Assembly (NCBI GenBank): GCA_965223905.1
Contig: CBDCXV010000002.1
Coordinates: forward strand, 512,001 to 576,000
DNA length: 64,000 nt
Source: Candidatus Latescibacterota bacterium
GTDB lineage: Bacteria; Latescibacterota; UBA2968; UBA8231
Direction of reading: 5' to 3'
In this document: piece after piece, positions 32,701 through 42,904 of the stretch
Position numbering within the stretch: the first letter of the stretch is position 1
How the letters are laid out: the number at the start of each line of letters is the position of its first letter
The notes under the pieces: model-generated
Told to the model about the DNA's origin: nothing
The model's database searches: none
Seen by the model: only the letters and a program-made list of their open reading frames with translations
Position numbers and translations under genes: made by a program

Positions 32701-32740
32701 CATGACCAGGAAGATGTTGAAGGTCGCGCGAAATCGGTGA
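29705..32740 (+). CDS. Secreted CotH-family kinase with lamin-tail domains and a FlgD-like C-terminal domain
   Basis: Signal peptide; LTD motifs INELM..DWIEIHN and INEIN..DWVELHN; CotH motifs LNGQYWG, NTDWPGNN, WIFFDLD; YPNPF...WDG...SGVY. Confidence 0.9.
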   Translation: MFPAPAFRKAIALLAVLAGCFSLPRPLFAERLLINELMSNNQSCCADRYGQFDDWIEIHNAGGRAVNIGGMFITDDLTDPGAFQFPTDDRKATTIPAGGYILLWADEDHDQPGFHLNFGLSSNGEQLGLFASDGTTLVDSVTFGPLRPDVSYARVPDGKGWFLVDEPSPGRKNDSSGKRRHSQAPSYSHESGRYDYPFTVILSHPDPKTRIFFSTDGSIPTGKKRYDGIGVRIETTTVLRSVAVAKGLLPSDVMTRTYFVGDEVSLPTVSLAVDPEHLWGDKLGIYVEGDRRNFTRDWERPAHIEFYDVAGGLEFSQDVGVKLHGGWSRNQPQKSIAVRARRGYGNEAIYYPLFPDKPLTRYKGFVLRNSGNDWTYTLLRDAIMQALVKGRMDIDYQAYRPVVLFLNGQYWGIHNMRERISVDYLTDNHGFGSDEIDYLVNDSEARAGDAEHYQSFLSFFESSDLQEAGAIEEIRASMDLDEFLNYQIAEIYSVNTDWPGNNWEFWRPRSADGRWRWIFFDLDYGFNLPLALNPSPPELDMVAWATTPGEDWWNPPWATFLMQRLLEIDEVRQDFIQRFASHLNTTFERTRVEAVIDSMRNAVAEEIPRHSERWAPYPSPFYGNAFASIEEWDANLEVMRSFARVRAGHVWGHLQNKFSLGGRSTLSLEVEPEGAGTVFVNTVPVTVSRSSGLYFNGVPIDVVAVAAPGFEFDSWSDPVSETSRARLAIEGNYGIAARFTSSGQEPVSPGQPPVVINEINYNSGEALDSGDWVELHNHGAVPVEIGGWRFRDAGNSPDFILPPDVLLEAGGYVVLCRDSTDFRMAFPETDGCLGDFPFGLSSRGDHITLLTGLERVVDSVVYDERPPWPTEPNGTGFTLALIEPTADNSRHENWYASPDGGTPGVWNAPATPSASNPGVRAVSYPNPFYTSATVFLSLSRTSNVSVQVFNLLGAHVATLVDDEIMEAAEHSLVWDGRSAAGHEVASGVYLCRITINGFPMTRKMLKVARNR

Positions 32741-32993
32741 CCTGAAGGTCGAATCCGCTCAACAGCTCCAAGGGGCTGCGTAATGGCGCGGTGGTCCACT
32801 TCCCGGGGAGGACCTCTGCCGCCCGACAGCGACCCGAGCCACGCCGGCGCGCCCCATCGAGACATCCCCCCAACCGCCGGAACTTCTTGAATTTGAACAG
32901 CTTGGAGACGAACTTCATGGCGGCCTTCGGTCGCGTTTCGCTTCCCTTCCTCTCTACCCCGCCTTTTGAAGGTTACTCAGGAGTCAGTGTCTG

Positions 32994-33674
32994 ATGGATA
33001 GCCTGTTGCTCGATTTCGGGACGATCAAACTCCACTGGAACCAGGTCCTTCTCTCCCTCGTATTCGCCTTTTGCCTTTCGAGCATAATCGCAATGGTGTA
33101 CGAGTGGACGTTCCAGGGCCTGTCCTGGTCTCGCGGTTTGATGCAGACCATGGTTCTGGGCAGCATCATCACCTGTCTGCTGATGATTGCGATCGGCGAC
33201 AACGTCGCCCGGGGCATCGGTATCGTGGGGTCGCTGGCCATCATCCGTTTTCGCACCAACCTGCGCGATCCGCGCGATCTGGTGTTCCTCTTCGCTGCTC
33301 TTGGTGCCGGGGTAGCCTGCGGCGTTCAGAGCTACCTCGCCGCCACCTTCGCAACCGCCCTGTTCTGTACGATCGCGGTAGTCATGCACGCGTCGCTGTT
33401 CGGCACGCGGATGAAATTCGATGGACTCGTGCGCTTCCAGATACCGGCGGGGCCGACCTTTGCCGCCCAGGTGGCCCGGATACTGCAAGAGGTACCGAGA
33501 ACGTTCGCCCTGGTCACCATGCGGGACGTCGCCCAGGGCGATCTCGTCGACTGCACCTACCAGGTGAAACTCGCCGACGAAGCGGACTCGACGCGGCTGA
33601 TCGAGGTTCTCGGACAGATCGAAGGCATACGCGGGCTGACCTTCATGAACCACTCCTCTGCCGTAGAGGTGTAG
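32994..33674 (+). CDS. DUF4956 membrane protein
   Basis: GIVGSLAIIRFRTNLRDPRD signature. Confidence 0.9.
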   Translation: MDSLLLDFGTIKLHWNQVLLSLVFAFCLSSIIAMVYEWTFQGLSWSRGLMQTMVLGSIITCLLMIAIGDNVARGIGIVGSLAIIRFRTNLRDPRDLVFLFAALGAGVACGVQSYLAATFATALFCTIAVVMHASLFGTRMKFDGLVRFQIPAGPTFAAQVARILQEVPRTFALVTMRDVAQGDLVDCTYQVKLADEADSTRLIEVLGQIEGIRGLTFMNHSSAVEV

Positions 33675-33677
33675 TGG

Positions 33678-34769
33678 ATGAAGCGCTGGCTGAGGAGGAA
33701 CTCTTTCCGTGCCCTGTGGGTGGCGGGCGTGCTTGCCGCGGCCACCGGCTATCGGGAGTGGCGTGCCGACCCGTATCTGATCGGCACGGTGGTATCGACG
33801 GTGCGCTCGGTGGGCGCTCGCGAGGGAGGTACCATCCAGGAGGTGAGTACCGCAGTGGGGGAAAGCGTCGTGGCCGGCCAGGTCCTGGCTCGCCTGGACG
33901 CCTCCGACCTGTTGGCGGAAAAACGACTGCGTCAAGAAGAGCTGGCCTCCCTGGAGTCGATAGTATCTGCAGACCGGCGTCGATACAGCGTCGAGTACGA
34001 CCTGTTGCGGCTGCGCGTGTCCGAGCAGTACGCCGCCGTCCAGGCGGAGGAGGCCGAGCTCGAGGCCCTCGGCCGGGAAATCGCCGCGCTTGTAGCAGCG
34101 GAGAAAGCCGGCCTGGGACACGATCGCGATCTCACCCGCATGACCATCCGCCGCGATGCCCTGGCGCAGTCGGTAGCCGGACAGTCGACGCTCATTCGGC
34201 CCGACGTGCTCAAGCTTGGCGCCGGCGATTCGGGTGCCTATGGCGACAGCATCATGATTTCGCTTCTCGGCGACCGCGTGCAGCGCCAGCACGAGGTCCG
34301 GCAGTCCCTCGCCCTGATCGATCAGCGCATCGAGTACCGGACGGTCAGGTCGCCGTGTGCGGGATCGGTCTCCGAGATCCTGGCCTTGCAGGGAAGTACG
34401 GTCGATGCTTTCGTGCCCATTGTTTCCGTGGGGAGCGCCGACGCCTCCGCGGTTGAAGTGTACGTCCCGGAGACGGAGGACCTGCAGTTCGATGTCGGAC
34501 AGGAGGTGGAAGTGATGTCGAGGCGGTCGAGCGAGTTCGACGCCAGGGGGAGGATCGACTTCGTGCATCCTGGGTACTCACCGATGCCCGAGAGGCTGTG
34601 GCTGCGCGGGCAGATGTTGTGGGCCAGAAGGGCCCGTGTCCTCCTCGAGCCGGGCCACCTCCTGCTGCCCGGCGAGTCCGTACGCGTACGCCTTGCCGAT
34701 CGCCCGTCCGCACCGTGGGGCGCCTTCGCGGAAGAGAGCGATCCGGAAATCGGGAGACCGGGGCGATGA
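33678..34769 (+). CDS. HlyD-family membrane fusion (periplasmic adaptor) protein
   Basis: N-terminal TM; lipoyl halves GESVVAGQVLARLD and VRSPCAGSV; coiled coil; PGESVRV. Confidence 0.88.
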   Translation: MKRWLRRNSFRALWVAGVLAAATGYREWRADPYLIGTVVSTVRSVGAREGGTIQEVSTAVGESVVAGQVLARLDASDLLAEKRLRQEELASLESIVSADRRRYSVEYDLLRLRVSEQYAAVQAEEAELEALGREIAALVAAEKAGLGHDRDLTRMTIRRDALAQSVAGQSTLIRPDVLKLGAGDSGAYGDSIMISLLGDRVQRQHEVRQSLALIDQRIEYRTVRSPCAGSVSEILALQGSTVDAFVPIVSVGSADASAVEVYVPETEDLQFDVGQEVEVMSRRSSEFDARGRIDFVHPGYSPMPERLWLRGQMLWARRARVLLEPGHLLLPGESVRVRLADRPSAPWGAFAEESDPEIGRPGR

Positions 34770-36079
34770 GAGCAGGCGGCCGGTTTCTCGTGGTGCTGGC
34801 CCCTTTCGTTGCGATCCCCGGTTCGACGGCAGCCTCGGCCGATCTCCCGGGCGAAGCCCCGGGCGTTCACAACGCCGGCAACAAGGGCGGGGTGCCCCTG
34901 ACGATTGAAGAAACGGTGGCGGTGGGTTTGGACAACAACCCGCGGCTGCGTGCGTTCGAAACAGAGACGGACGTTCGCATCCACCGGATTCGCTCGCTCG
35001 ACTGGATCGACAATCCGGAGCTGCGCGTCCGCAACCTGGCCTCTCGGCGCGGGAGGGCCCGGTTCGACGAACTCGAGATCGGCATCCGCTGGCGTCCTCC
35101 TTCCCTCGGTGAGGTGGGAGCGCGACGGCAGCGGAAGCAGGTAGCCTTGTGGGAGCGCAAGGTGGAGGCGGTGAGGGAGCGGCATTGGCTGGCTTCGCGA
35201 GTGCGCCGGTCCTGCGCCGATATCGCCATGCATGCCGAACTGGCCCGCATCGCCGCCATGCGGGTTGAGAATGAGAACCTGCGGATCTCCCAGATCGAGA
35301 CCATGATGGACCTCGGCCGGAGGTCGATCGTCTACTTCACCAAGGCAAAAACGGTCGTTGCCGAGGCGCGCCAGGGTCACCTTCGCAGCTTGCACGCACT
35401 GCGGGAGGAAGAGCGCAGGTTGCGACGACTCACAGGTATCTCCACGCAGACCCGGGTGCTTTCGGAGCCGCTTCCCGAAGTCGCCTTGAATGAAGAGCGA
35501 CTCCTCGTCCTCGCCTACGCCAACCGCCCGGAGCTTCGGTTGGCCGAGGAGCAGCGACAACTCGCCCTCGAAAGGCGAAACCTCGAGAGCTGGCGGCTGC
35601 TGCCGCAGTTGTCCTTCCTGGAGGTTTCCCGACACTTCGAGCGTTCCGAAGGCGACTGGCATGAGCTGGTCTTCGGCCTCGAGCTCCCCCTCTTCAACCG
35701 CAATGCGGGCAACCTGGCCGGCGTTTCCCTTGCGGTGTCGGGAAGCGAGCTCGAGGTCCTCTCCGTTCGCGAGCGCATCGCCGAGGAGGTCCGCGAAACG
35801 CTCTCGGACTACAGGGAAACACTGCTCGCCCGCGACCTGACTCTCCGGGAGGGCGAGGCCATCATCCAAGGCTCGTCGCAGGTTATCGCCGAGACACGGG
35901 ACTACCCTACCGTGCCGGCTGACGAGATCCTGGAGCTCGAGCGCACGATCATGGATGCTCGGGTCGCAATCGCCGAGAGCCAGCGCGATCTGGCGCACGC
36001 GCTCTATTTCCTTTTCTACGAGCTGGGCATCGAGGATCCGGGGGTCCTGCAGGAGGAGGAGGCCCACGATGGCGGTTGA
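34766..36079 (+). CDS. TolC-family outer-membrane efflux protein
   Basis: ATGA overlap; signal peptide; NNPRL, NRPEL, LELPLFNRNAG. Confidence 0.88.
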   Translation: MRAGGRFLVVLAPFVAIPGSTAASADLPGEAPGVHNAGNKGGVPLTIEETVAVGLDNNPRLRAFETETDVRIHRIRSLDWIDNPELRVRNLASRRGRARFDELEIGIRWRPPSLGEVGARRQRKQVALWERKVEAVRERHWLASRVRRSCADIAMHAELARIAAMRVENENLRISQIETMMDLGRRSIVYFTKAKTVVAEARQGHLRSLHALREEERRLRRLTGISTQTRVLSEPLPEVALNEERLLVLAYANRPELRLAEEQRQLALERRNLESWRLLPQLSFLEVSRHFERSEGDWHELVFGLELPLFNRNAGNLAGVSLAVSGSELEVLSVRERIAEEVRETLSDYRETLLARDLTLREGEAIIQGSSQVIAETRDYPTVPADEILELERTIMDARVAIAESQRDLAHALYFLFYELGIEDPGVLQEEEAHDGG

Positions 36080-36839
36080 GCTGCCCGCGGTCCACCGCTA
36101 CGAGTTGAAGTACACGGTGACCGAGCGGCAGGCCGCGGAAATCCGCGATTTCATTCAACCGCTGTTTTCAATCGACGCCAACGTCCCCACGGAGCAGGGA
36201 AGCTACACGGTCAACAGCGTGTACATGGATACTCCCGGGTTGCGCTTCTACCACGACACCAGGCTTCGTCAGCTGCTGCGGTTCAAACCGAGAATCCGTT
36301 TTTACGGCACCGGCGCGGTCGAGTATGTCACCCTCGAGGTCAAGTACCGCCACAACCGCACCGTCTGGAAGGTCCGCGACCGAATCGCTATGACGGAGTG
36401 GCCCGGGGTGCTCGAAATCGCCAGGAGCGAACGCACCTCGCCGACGTACGAGGCCCTGCCGCGGTCCTTCGTCGACGTCCATCATCTGTACGGCACCGCG
36501 CCCGTGCTCCATCTCCGCTACCACCGGGAGCCCTTCGTCAGCGACGTGGACGCGTACGGACGCATTACGTTCGACCGCGGTATGCGCTACCGGCTGATGC
36601 GCGGTTCGTACGACCTGTCGGGCCATGATGAGGAGATGAGCTACTACGACGACGCGGTCACCGCGCAGTGGGCGGAGTCCCCGGTCGTTATGGAGATCAA
36701 GACCGAATCCCTGGTGCCTTTCTGGGCGCTGGACCTCATCAAGCGTTTCTCCCTTGTCCAGCGCGGATACTCCAAGTACCGCTACGTGATCGACCACTGT
36801 CTCGAGCGCCTCGGTAGCCGAAACGACATCGCAGTGTGA
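36069..36839 (+). CDS. VTC-domain (CYTH/triphosphate tunnel) polyphosphate polymerase-like protein
   Basis: RYELKY, SVYMDT, RIRFY, LEVK, RITFD, MEIK, YSKY. Confidence 0.9.
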   Translation: MAVELPAVHRYELKYTVTERQAAEIRDFIQPLFSIDANVPTEQGSYTVNSVYMDTPGLRFYHDTRLRQLLRFKPRIRFYGTGAVEYVTLEVKYRHNRTVWKVRDRIAMTEWPGVLEIARSERTSPTYEALPRSFVDVHHLYGTAPVLHLRYHREPFVSDVDAYGRITFDRGMRYRLMRGSYDLSGHDEEMSYYDDAVTAQWAESPVVMEIKTESLVPFWALDLIKRFSLVQRGYSKYRYVIDHCLERLGSRNDIAV

Positions 36840-36991
36840 GGCCTCCACTGGCAGCTACCTGAGGCTTCACCACGGTACGAAATACATTTTCCGACCAACC
36901 GGCTGCTCTTGTTCCACCGCCTCCGCTGCACTGGGCACGCTAAAACGGTGCGGGTGTCCGGAACCGCAACCGGATCGTGCCGGCCAAGCCA

Positions 36992-38893
36992 TTATGCGGT
37001 TTTTCTTTCTGGAATAACCGGCAACAGAACGTGCGACGGTTGCGCCGCGTTGTGGTGGACCCTGTTGTCCGCGCCCTGTCGCCGCCGCTCCCGGCCGATG
37101 GGGTCGCCGGTGTTGGGGTTGACGTCGAAGCGGGGGAAGTTCGAGCTGGAAACGTCGAGGCGGATCCGGTGCCCGGCGGCGAACAGGTTGCTCGTCGGGT
37201 AGAGGGTGATCGTCAGCTCGGCGACCTCGCCCGGCTCCAGCAGCTCCCCCTTTTCGCGCCCGTTGCGGTAGCGCAGGCGCGCGATGCTGTCGGTCAGGTT
37301 GAGCGCGTACCCGTGCGGATACCAGCGGCTCGGCGGATAGCAGTCGACCAGCTTGGCGGTGAAGTCCGTATCCGGCGCCGCCGACGAGACCCACAGCTTC
37401 ACCTCGATCGGTCCGGTCACCTCCACGTCCCCGGCCAGCGGCCCGGTGGCGAAGACCAGCACGTCCGGCCGCGAGCCCAGCGGCAGGTAGGGAGGCGCAC
37501 AGCCGTAAAACTCCGGCCCCTCCACCTGGTCGAACCCGCCCGGCACCATCAGCTGCTCCACCCGCGCCCGCCACGGCGCATTAGCGGAATCCCCCACGCC
37601 CGGAGGCAGCGGGCCGATCTCGGAAAGCGAGGAGACATTGCCGCCGATCGAGGGCACCGGGTTGGCCGGGTCGAAGCGATAGACCGTATCGCCGCCGTCC
37701 GCGGCCGGCTCTTCCGTCGACAGGGTGCCGTCGCCCTGCAGGTAGTACCTGGTATTCTGCGTCCGCGCCAGCGGCCACTCGGCTTCGTCGCGCCAATGCC
37801 CCCCGTGGAAAAGCCGGCCGCTGCTGGTGCGATACCCGCCGCCGCCGCCCATGGCGAAGATCCGCACCGGCGGCGCCCTCTCCTCGCCGTTGTCGACTCC
37901 CTTGAGCACCCGGTCGAAGAAGCGCAGGTGCAGGTCGCGGAAGTCGGCCAGCGCCGCCTCCTCGCCGAACTCCACGTCCCCTGCAACGCTCTGCTCCAGG
38001 GTCTGCGTCCCGTGCGTCCACGGCCCCATGAGCATGCGCACCGGCCCCTGCTTGCGGGCCGCGAGCCCCTCGTAGTTCTTGCAGGTCGAGCGCGTGTAGG
38101 AATCGTACCAGCCCCCGATGAGCAGCATCGGCACGTCGGGGAAGTCGTCCCAGAAGAGGGCCGGCGCGTAGCTCGGGTGCTGCCAGTACTCGTCGTAGTC
38201 GGCCCTGGTCAGCAGGTCCAGCGCCCACTTCTCGTAGGGCGGCACCAGCTCGAGCTGGGTCTGTCCCTTGCGCAGCGGCATGCGCGTCAGCCAGTCGGCA
38301 AAGGTCGGGGCGCCCAGGTTCAGGGCGGCGTCGACCGCCGGGTCGGCTTTCAACGCGCGCTGCGTGTTGGCCGCCGAATGCCAGAAGGCCCACGCCAGGA
38401 ACCGCAGCTCCAGGGCGCCTCCGTGCCGCACCGAAGACTCGTGCGCGTCGGCGCCGCTCATGTTGACCACCATCGCCTTTAGGTTCGCCGGCCCCAACGC
38501 CGCCATCGCCGTCTGCGTCCAGCCCGACCAGGAGGTCCCCCACGACCCCACCTTGCCGTTGCTCCACGGCTGCCGGTCGATCCACTGCAGGGCGTCGTAC
38601 CCGTCCTCGGCCTCGGGCAGCAGGAAATTGACGTCCCCCTCGGACCGGAACGTCCCGCGGCAGTCCTGGTACACCGCCACGTACCCGCGCTGGGCGAAGA
38701 ACCGGCCGTACCCGCCGGTGCGCTCGACGTCGCTCTTGTCGTAGGGGGTGCGGTGGAAGACCGCGGGGAACTTCCCGGGCAGCGGCTCCCCGTCGCGGGC
38801 GGGGAAGTACAGGTCGGTCGCCAGCCGCACCCCGTCGCGCATTTCCACCATTGCATCGCGTTCTGTTACCACGTCGTAGAGGCCGTTCGTCAT
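36992..38893 (-). CDS. CocE/NonD-family (peptidase S15) hydrolase
   Basis: MRDGVRLATD, RTPY, QDCRG, GTSWSG nucleophile, GPWTH, SSSNFPRF. Confidence 0.93.
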   Translation of the reverse strand: MTNGLYDVVTERDAMVEMRDGVRLATDLYFPARDGEPLPGKFPAVFHRTPYDKSDVERTGGYGRFFAQRGYVAVYQDCRGTFRSEGDVNFLLPEAEDGYDALQWIDRQPWSNGKVGSWGTSWSGWTQTAMAALGPANLKAMVVNMSGADAHESSVRHGGALELRFLAWAFWHSAANTQRALKADPAVDAALNLGAPTFADWLTRMPLRKGQTQLELVPPYEKWALDLLTRADYDEYWQHPSYAPALFWDDFPDVPMLLIGGWYDSYTRSTCKNYEGLAARKQGPVRMLMGPWTHGTQTLEQSVAGDVEFGEEAALADFRDLHLRFFDRVLKGVDNGEERAPPVRIFAMGGGGGYRTSSGRLFHGGHWRDEAEWPLARTQNTRYYLQGDGTLSTEEPAADGGDTVYRFDPANPVPSIGGNVSSLSEIGPLPPGVGDSANAPWRARVEQLMVPGGFDQVEGPEFYGCAPPYLPLGSRPDVLVFATGPLAGDVEVTGPIEVKLWVSSAAPDTDFTAKLVDCYPPSRWYPHGYALNLTDSIARLRYRNGREKGELLEPGEVAELTITLYPTSNLFAAGHRIRLDVSSSNFPRFDVNPNTGDPIGRERRRQGADNRVHHNAAQPSHVLLPVIPERKTA

Positions 38894-39298
38894 AACGCTG
38901 CTCCTTGTTTTTTTCTGTTCGGGCACCGGCCGCAAAAATCAGCCCCCCGGCCCGTTTTTCAGCCAGCCGGAGGGGCTGGTTGGCAACAGCGCCGCCACCT
39001 GGCCTCGTGACCCTGGCTCGTCCGCATGGCCCGGCTCGCATGAGCCGTTGGCTTCGAACCGAGCCAAACCCAGGTCGCCAACCAGCAGACCAAGGTTTTT
39101 CAGGACCCTCGCCTTGCAGTAGAATGTGGGCGGGAGGACAGCGCATGGCCATGCACGCGATCGTCGGATGCTGCGCCTCGGGGCGGGAGCACATCTCGGC
39201 CATGAGGCCGATCGTCAAGCGCTGGAAGGCGCTATGGGGTCCAAAGCCGAAGTGATCGGGAAACGGGGTGTTTCCGAGCAAAGGGAGTCGGGATCGAA

Positions 39299-40588
39299 TT
39301 GAAAACCGTTGACGAGCTGCAGCATGAGATCCACCTCATGCAGGCCATCTTCGACAGCATCAGCGACGGCGTGATAGTCGCCGATGAGAACGGCAGCCTC
39401 ACCTTCAACAAAAGTGCGCAACAGATCGTCGGTGGCAGGCTGGATACGGTCCTCGAACAATGGACGGAGGAGTACAGCATCTTCTACCCCGACAAGGTCA
39501 CGCCCATTCCAAAAGAGGAACTGCCCCTGGTGCGCGCCATGCGCGGGGAAGCGACCGATGAGATGGAGATGTTCATCCTCACTGCGGCCAAGCCTGAAGG
39601 CGTTTATATAAGCGCCAGCGGCAGGCCCATTACTTCGCCGGGCACTGCCGCTCTCGGCGGGGTCATCGTCTTCCGGGATGTGACGGAAAGAGTGCGGGCC
39701 GGAGAAGCCCTGGCCCAGGCCTTCGCCCAGGGCCGCCTCGAGGTCATGGACACCATCCTGCACAACATCGGCAATGCCATAAACAGCGTGGCCATCGGCA
39801 TCGGAACACTCAAGGAACAGTTGGCCGACAATCTGCTGATCGAACGGTTGTCGGGCCTGTCACAAGCCGTCGGGGCGCATTCGGAGGATTGGATCGACTA
39901 CCTCCGGCATGACCCGCAAGGCCGGAAGGTGCGGCCGTTTCTCCTGGCTCTTGCCGAGGACCTCGTAAAGCAGAATCAGAAATTGATCGGCACGGTTGAA
40001 CGCGTCGACAGCCAGACGGGTCAGATCGTCGACATCGTCCGCGCCCAACGGGGTTTCGACAGCAAGGCCATGACCTGCAAGGACGTCAACCTGCGTGAGG
40101 CCATCTTCGGCTGCCTGAGGATCCTGGAGAACTCGTTTTCCAGCCGGGGAATCCGCACACATGTCAACTGCGGCAGCGCCCCGGAAGAGATCCGCATTCA
40201 GGAGACCCAGTTCAACCAGATGCTCGTCAACCTGCTCAAGAACGGGATGGAAGCCATCGACGAGTTGAAGCAGTCAGGGGGTCTCGAAGGAGAGTCTCGC
40301 ATCGAGATAAGAGCCAGCGTCAGCCAGGACCTGCTCGTCCTCGAGGTGGAGGACAACGGGGTCGGCATCGACCGGAAGAACCTCCAGGCGATCTTCAGGG
40401 CGGGTTATACGACGAAGCGGGAAGGGAGCGGGCTCGGTCTGCACTCGGCGGCCAATTTCGTCACCAGTATCGGGGGTAAAATCCAACCCTTGAGCCGCGG
40501 CCATGGCACGGGCGCCACCATGCGCGTCACGCTGCGGCTCGATTCCGCCGGTCGGGATCGGGACACCACGCCGGCAACCCCTGCCTGA
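39299..40588 (+). CDS. Cytoplasmic PAS sensor histidine kinase
   Basis: PAS region; H-box LHNIGN; N-box NLLKNG; DNGVG; GSGLGL. Confidence 0.9.
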   Translation: MKTVDELQHEIHLMQAIFDSISDGVIVADENGSLTFNKSAQQIVGGRLDTVLEQWTEEYSIFYPDKVTPIPKEELPLVRAMRGEATDEMEMFILTAAKPEGVYISASGRPITSPGTAALGGVIVFRDVTERVRAGEALAQAFAQGRLEVMDTILHNIGNAINSVAIGIGTLKEQLADNLLIERLSGLSQAVGAHSEDWIDYLRHDPQGRKVRPFLLALAEDLVKQNQKLIGTVERVDSQTGQIVDIVRAQRGFDSKAMTCKDVNLREAIFGCLRILENSFSSRGIRTHVNCGSAPEEIRIQETQFNQMLVNLLKNGMEAIDELKQSGGLEGESRIEIRASVSQDLLVLEVEDNGVGIDRKNLQAIFRAGYTTKREGSGLGLHSAANFVTSIGGKIQPLSRGHGTGATMRVTLRLDSAGRDRDTTPATPA

Positions 40589-40669
40589 CGCCTTCTGCTG
40601 TTTCTGTGAGCCTCGAAACCACCATTTCGAAGTCGTCCCTCGTGACCGGGCGACCATAAAGGCAGCTGC

Positions 40670-42589
40670 ATGAAAACAAACCCCTCCTGGAACTACCGCG
40701 TGCTGGTCGTCGACGACCAGGATGAAATCCACAACGACTTCGAAGAGATGCTGGCTTCCGGCTCCACCAGGAGGGCGACGGATGACTTGGCGTCGGCGTT
40801 CGTCCGGGAGACCGGAAAACTCGTTCTGCCGCAGTTCGAGCTTTCCCATGCGACCAGCGGGGATGAAGCCTGCGACATGGTCAAGGCGGGCAGGGAATCG
40901 AACCGCCCCTTGGCGATGGCCTACGTCGACGTCAGGATGCCCCCGGGTACCGACGGCATCGAAACCGTGCGCAGGATCCGGAAATTCGAGCAGGATATCG
41001 AAATCGTCATCATGACCGCGTACTCCGACAAGACGCTGCCGGAGATCGTCGACGACATGGAGTTTCTTCACAAACTGCTGTATATCCGCAAGCCGTTTTC
41101 GCGGGAGGAGATCCAGCAGATCACGCTGTCGCTTACCGGGAAGTGGAACATCGAGCAGGAGCTGGCGGAGCACCGGCATGAACTTGAAACCAGCAATCGG
41201 CAGCTGGAAGCCAGCAACCAGAGACTCGAGGCGGTGCTCGACGCGACCGGAGATGCCATCGGCATGTTCAATGCCGGCGGACGCCTCCAGGTCGCGAACC
41301 AGGGGTATGAGAAGCTTCTCGACGCCACGGAAAGCGAGCTGAAGGAAATGCCCGCAAGAGACCTCAGGGCACGCCTCATGGCGCGCCTGCGGCCGCCCGT
41401 TCTGCCCGAATCGGAAGGCGGGCTGGTTCTCGGCAGCAGCGGCGAACTCGAGGAGGAAGTCACCGAAGCCGGCGTCTCCAAACCCCGGCTGTTTTACCGC
41501 TCGACAGCGCCCGTGAACGACAGTCGACAGAGCTCAACGGGGCATGTCGTCATTTACCGCGACGTGTCCCGGGAGGTCGAGAGCGAGCAGATGAAAGCCG
41601 AAGTGTTGCGCTTGCGCGCCGAGCTGGGAACGACGTACGGCTTTGACGGCATGGTGGGGAAAAGCAATAGGATGCGGGACCTCTACGCGCTGATGCAGCG
41701 GGCGGCCGAAAGCGACATCACGGTGCTGGTTCAAGGGGAAAGCGGCACCGGCAAGGAGCTCGTCGCCAGGCTGATCCACTACAACAGCCCGAGAAAGACA
41801 GGCCCGTTCGTCGCCGTCAACTGCGCTGCCATCCCCGAGACCCTGATCGAAAGCGAGCTGTTCGGACATGAACGCGGGGCCTTCACCGGGGCGTCGACGC
41901 GGCGTATCGGGCAGTTCGAGCGCGCCCAGGGGGGAACCGTTCTGTTGGACGAGATCGGCGACATGCCCATCGCCCTGCAAGCCAAGCTGCTGCGCGTCCT
42001 GGAAGAGCGGGAGATCCAGCGGGTGGGGGGAACATCGGCGATTGCGATCGACATTCGCGTGATTTCGGCGACCAACCGGGACCTGGAAGTCGCCGTAAAG
42101 GAAGGCGGATTCCGCGCCGACCTGTTCTATCGCCTCGCTGCCTTTCCCTTTGTCATCCCGCCTCTCAGGGAACACCGCGAAGACATTCCCCTGCTGGCGG
42201 CGCAATTCCTGAAAGACCATGCCGAACGGGCCGGGGAAAACATTCGCGGGATCTCCCCCGCGGCGCTGCAGAGATTGCTCGCGTACGACTGGCCGGGAAA
42301 CGTGCGCGAGCTGAAGAATGCCATTGAACGCGCCGTGTTGCTGGAGACCGCGGACCGGCTTCAGGTAAACAACCTCCCCTCCCAACTTTCCGCCCTGCCT
42401 CCCTCTTCAACCGGCCCCGGAGGTCCTGACCACCCCCCCCTGTCGATGCAGGAAGCGGAGCGGCAGGCAATCGTCCGCGCCCTCGAGGTATCCGGGAGCA
42501 ATATCACCAGGGCGGCCCAGGTACTGGACATCGATCGCACGACCCTGCACCGGAAGCTGAGGAAGTACAACCTGCTGCCGGAGAAGTGA
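40670..42589 (+). CDS. Sigma-54-dependent response regulator (REC-PAS-AAA+-Fis HTH)
   Basis: [38 protein letters not shown]-terminal HTH. Confidence 0.95.
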   Translation: MKTNPSWNYRVLVVDDQDEIHNDFEEMLASGSTRRATDDLASAFVRETGKLVLPQFELSHATSGDEACDMVKAGRESNRPLAMAYVDVRMPPGTDGIETVRRIRKFEQDIEIVIMTAYSDKTLPEIVDDMEFLHKLLYIRKPFSREEIQQITLSLTGKWNIEQELAEHRHELETSNRQLEASNQRLEAVLDATGDAIGMFNAGGRLQVANQGYEKLLDATESELKEMPARDLRARLMARLRPPVLPESEGGLVLGSSGELEEEVTEAGVSKPRLFYRSTAPVNDSRQSSTGHVVIYRDVSREVESEQMKAEVLRLRAELGTTYGFDGMVGKSNRMRDLYALMQRAAESDITVLVQGESGTGKELVARLIHYNSPRKTGPFVAVNCAAIPETLIESELFGHERGAFTGASTRRIGQFERAQGGTVLLDEIGDMPIALQAKLLRVLEEREIQRVGGTSAIAIDIRVISATNRDLEVAVKEGGFRADLFYRLAAFPFVIPPLREHREDIPLLAAQFLKDHAERAGENIRGISPAALQRLLAYDWPGNVRELKNAIERAVLLETADRLQVNNLPSQLSALPPSSTGPGGPDHPPLSMQEAERQAIVRALEVSGSNITRAAQVLDIDRTTLHRKLRKYNLLPEK

Positions 42590-42670
42590 ACCGCCTGCCC
42601 GGCAGCCGCCGGCCCAGGTCGGACCGGCCCTGAGGCCAGGCCGGGACCTCCCGGTTCGATCCGGCCCCGA

Positions 42671-42705
42671 TGTGGTAAAATGCCACAGCGCGGCATATCA
42701 CCACA
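42671..42705. promoter_or_regulatory. Tandem palindromic enhancer sites (putative bEBP UAS), copy 1
   Basis: TGTGG-N7-CCACA followed by CGCGG-N7-CCACA; conserved at 55426-55460. Confidence 0.65.
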
Positions 42706-42857
42706 GCCACCGCCCCTTCCCGCCAAGTTACGCATAAGTCACACGATTTCAGAGGGTTAGGCCCTTCTTTCGGCTCCTCGTCCGCTTTCAGCCGTTGTAT
42801 TCTGCATCAATCCTGCTTTTTACAGTCTTCCCGCATTGATCCTCCAACCTCCTTTGT

Positions 42858-42870
42858 AATCAGGAGGTTA
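42858..42870 (+). promoter_or_regulatory. IHF-like site
   Basis: AATCAGGAGGTTA matches WATCARNNNNTTR and lies between the UAS and the sigma-54 promoter. Confidence 0.5.
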
Positions 42871-42888
42871 GGCGATTCCTCCAGTGCC

Positions 42889-42904
42889 TGGCACGGTGCG
42901 TGCA
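42889..42904 (+). promoter_or_regulatory. Sigma-54 (-24/-12) promoter
   Basis: TGGCACGGTGCGTGCA, with correct GG-N10-GC spacing. Confidence 0.75.

Noticed and set aside
32688-32918. Antisense basic peptide ORF (MKFVSKLFKFKKF...) inside the CotH/VTC cluster
   Set aside because: No clear RBS and it overlaps the CotH 3' end; cannot be distinguished from chance.
38905-39255. Short ORF or RNA element upstream of the PAS kinase
   Set aside because: No recognisable motif, RBS or structure that can be supported by eye.
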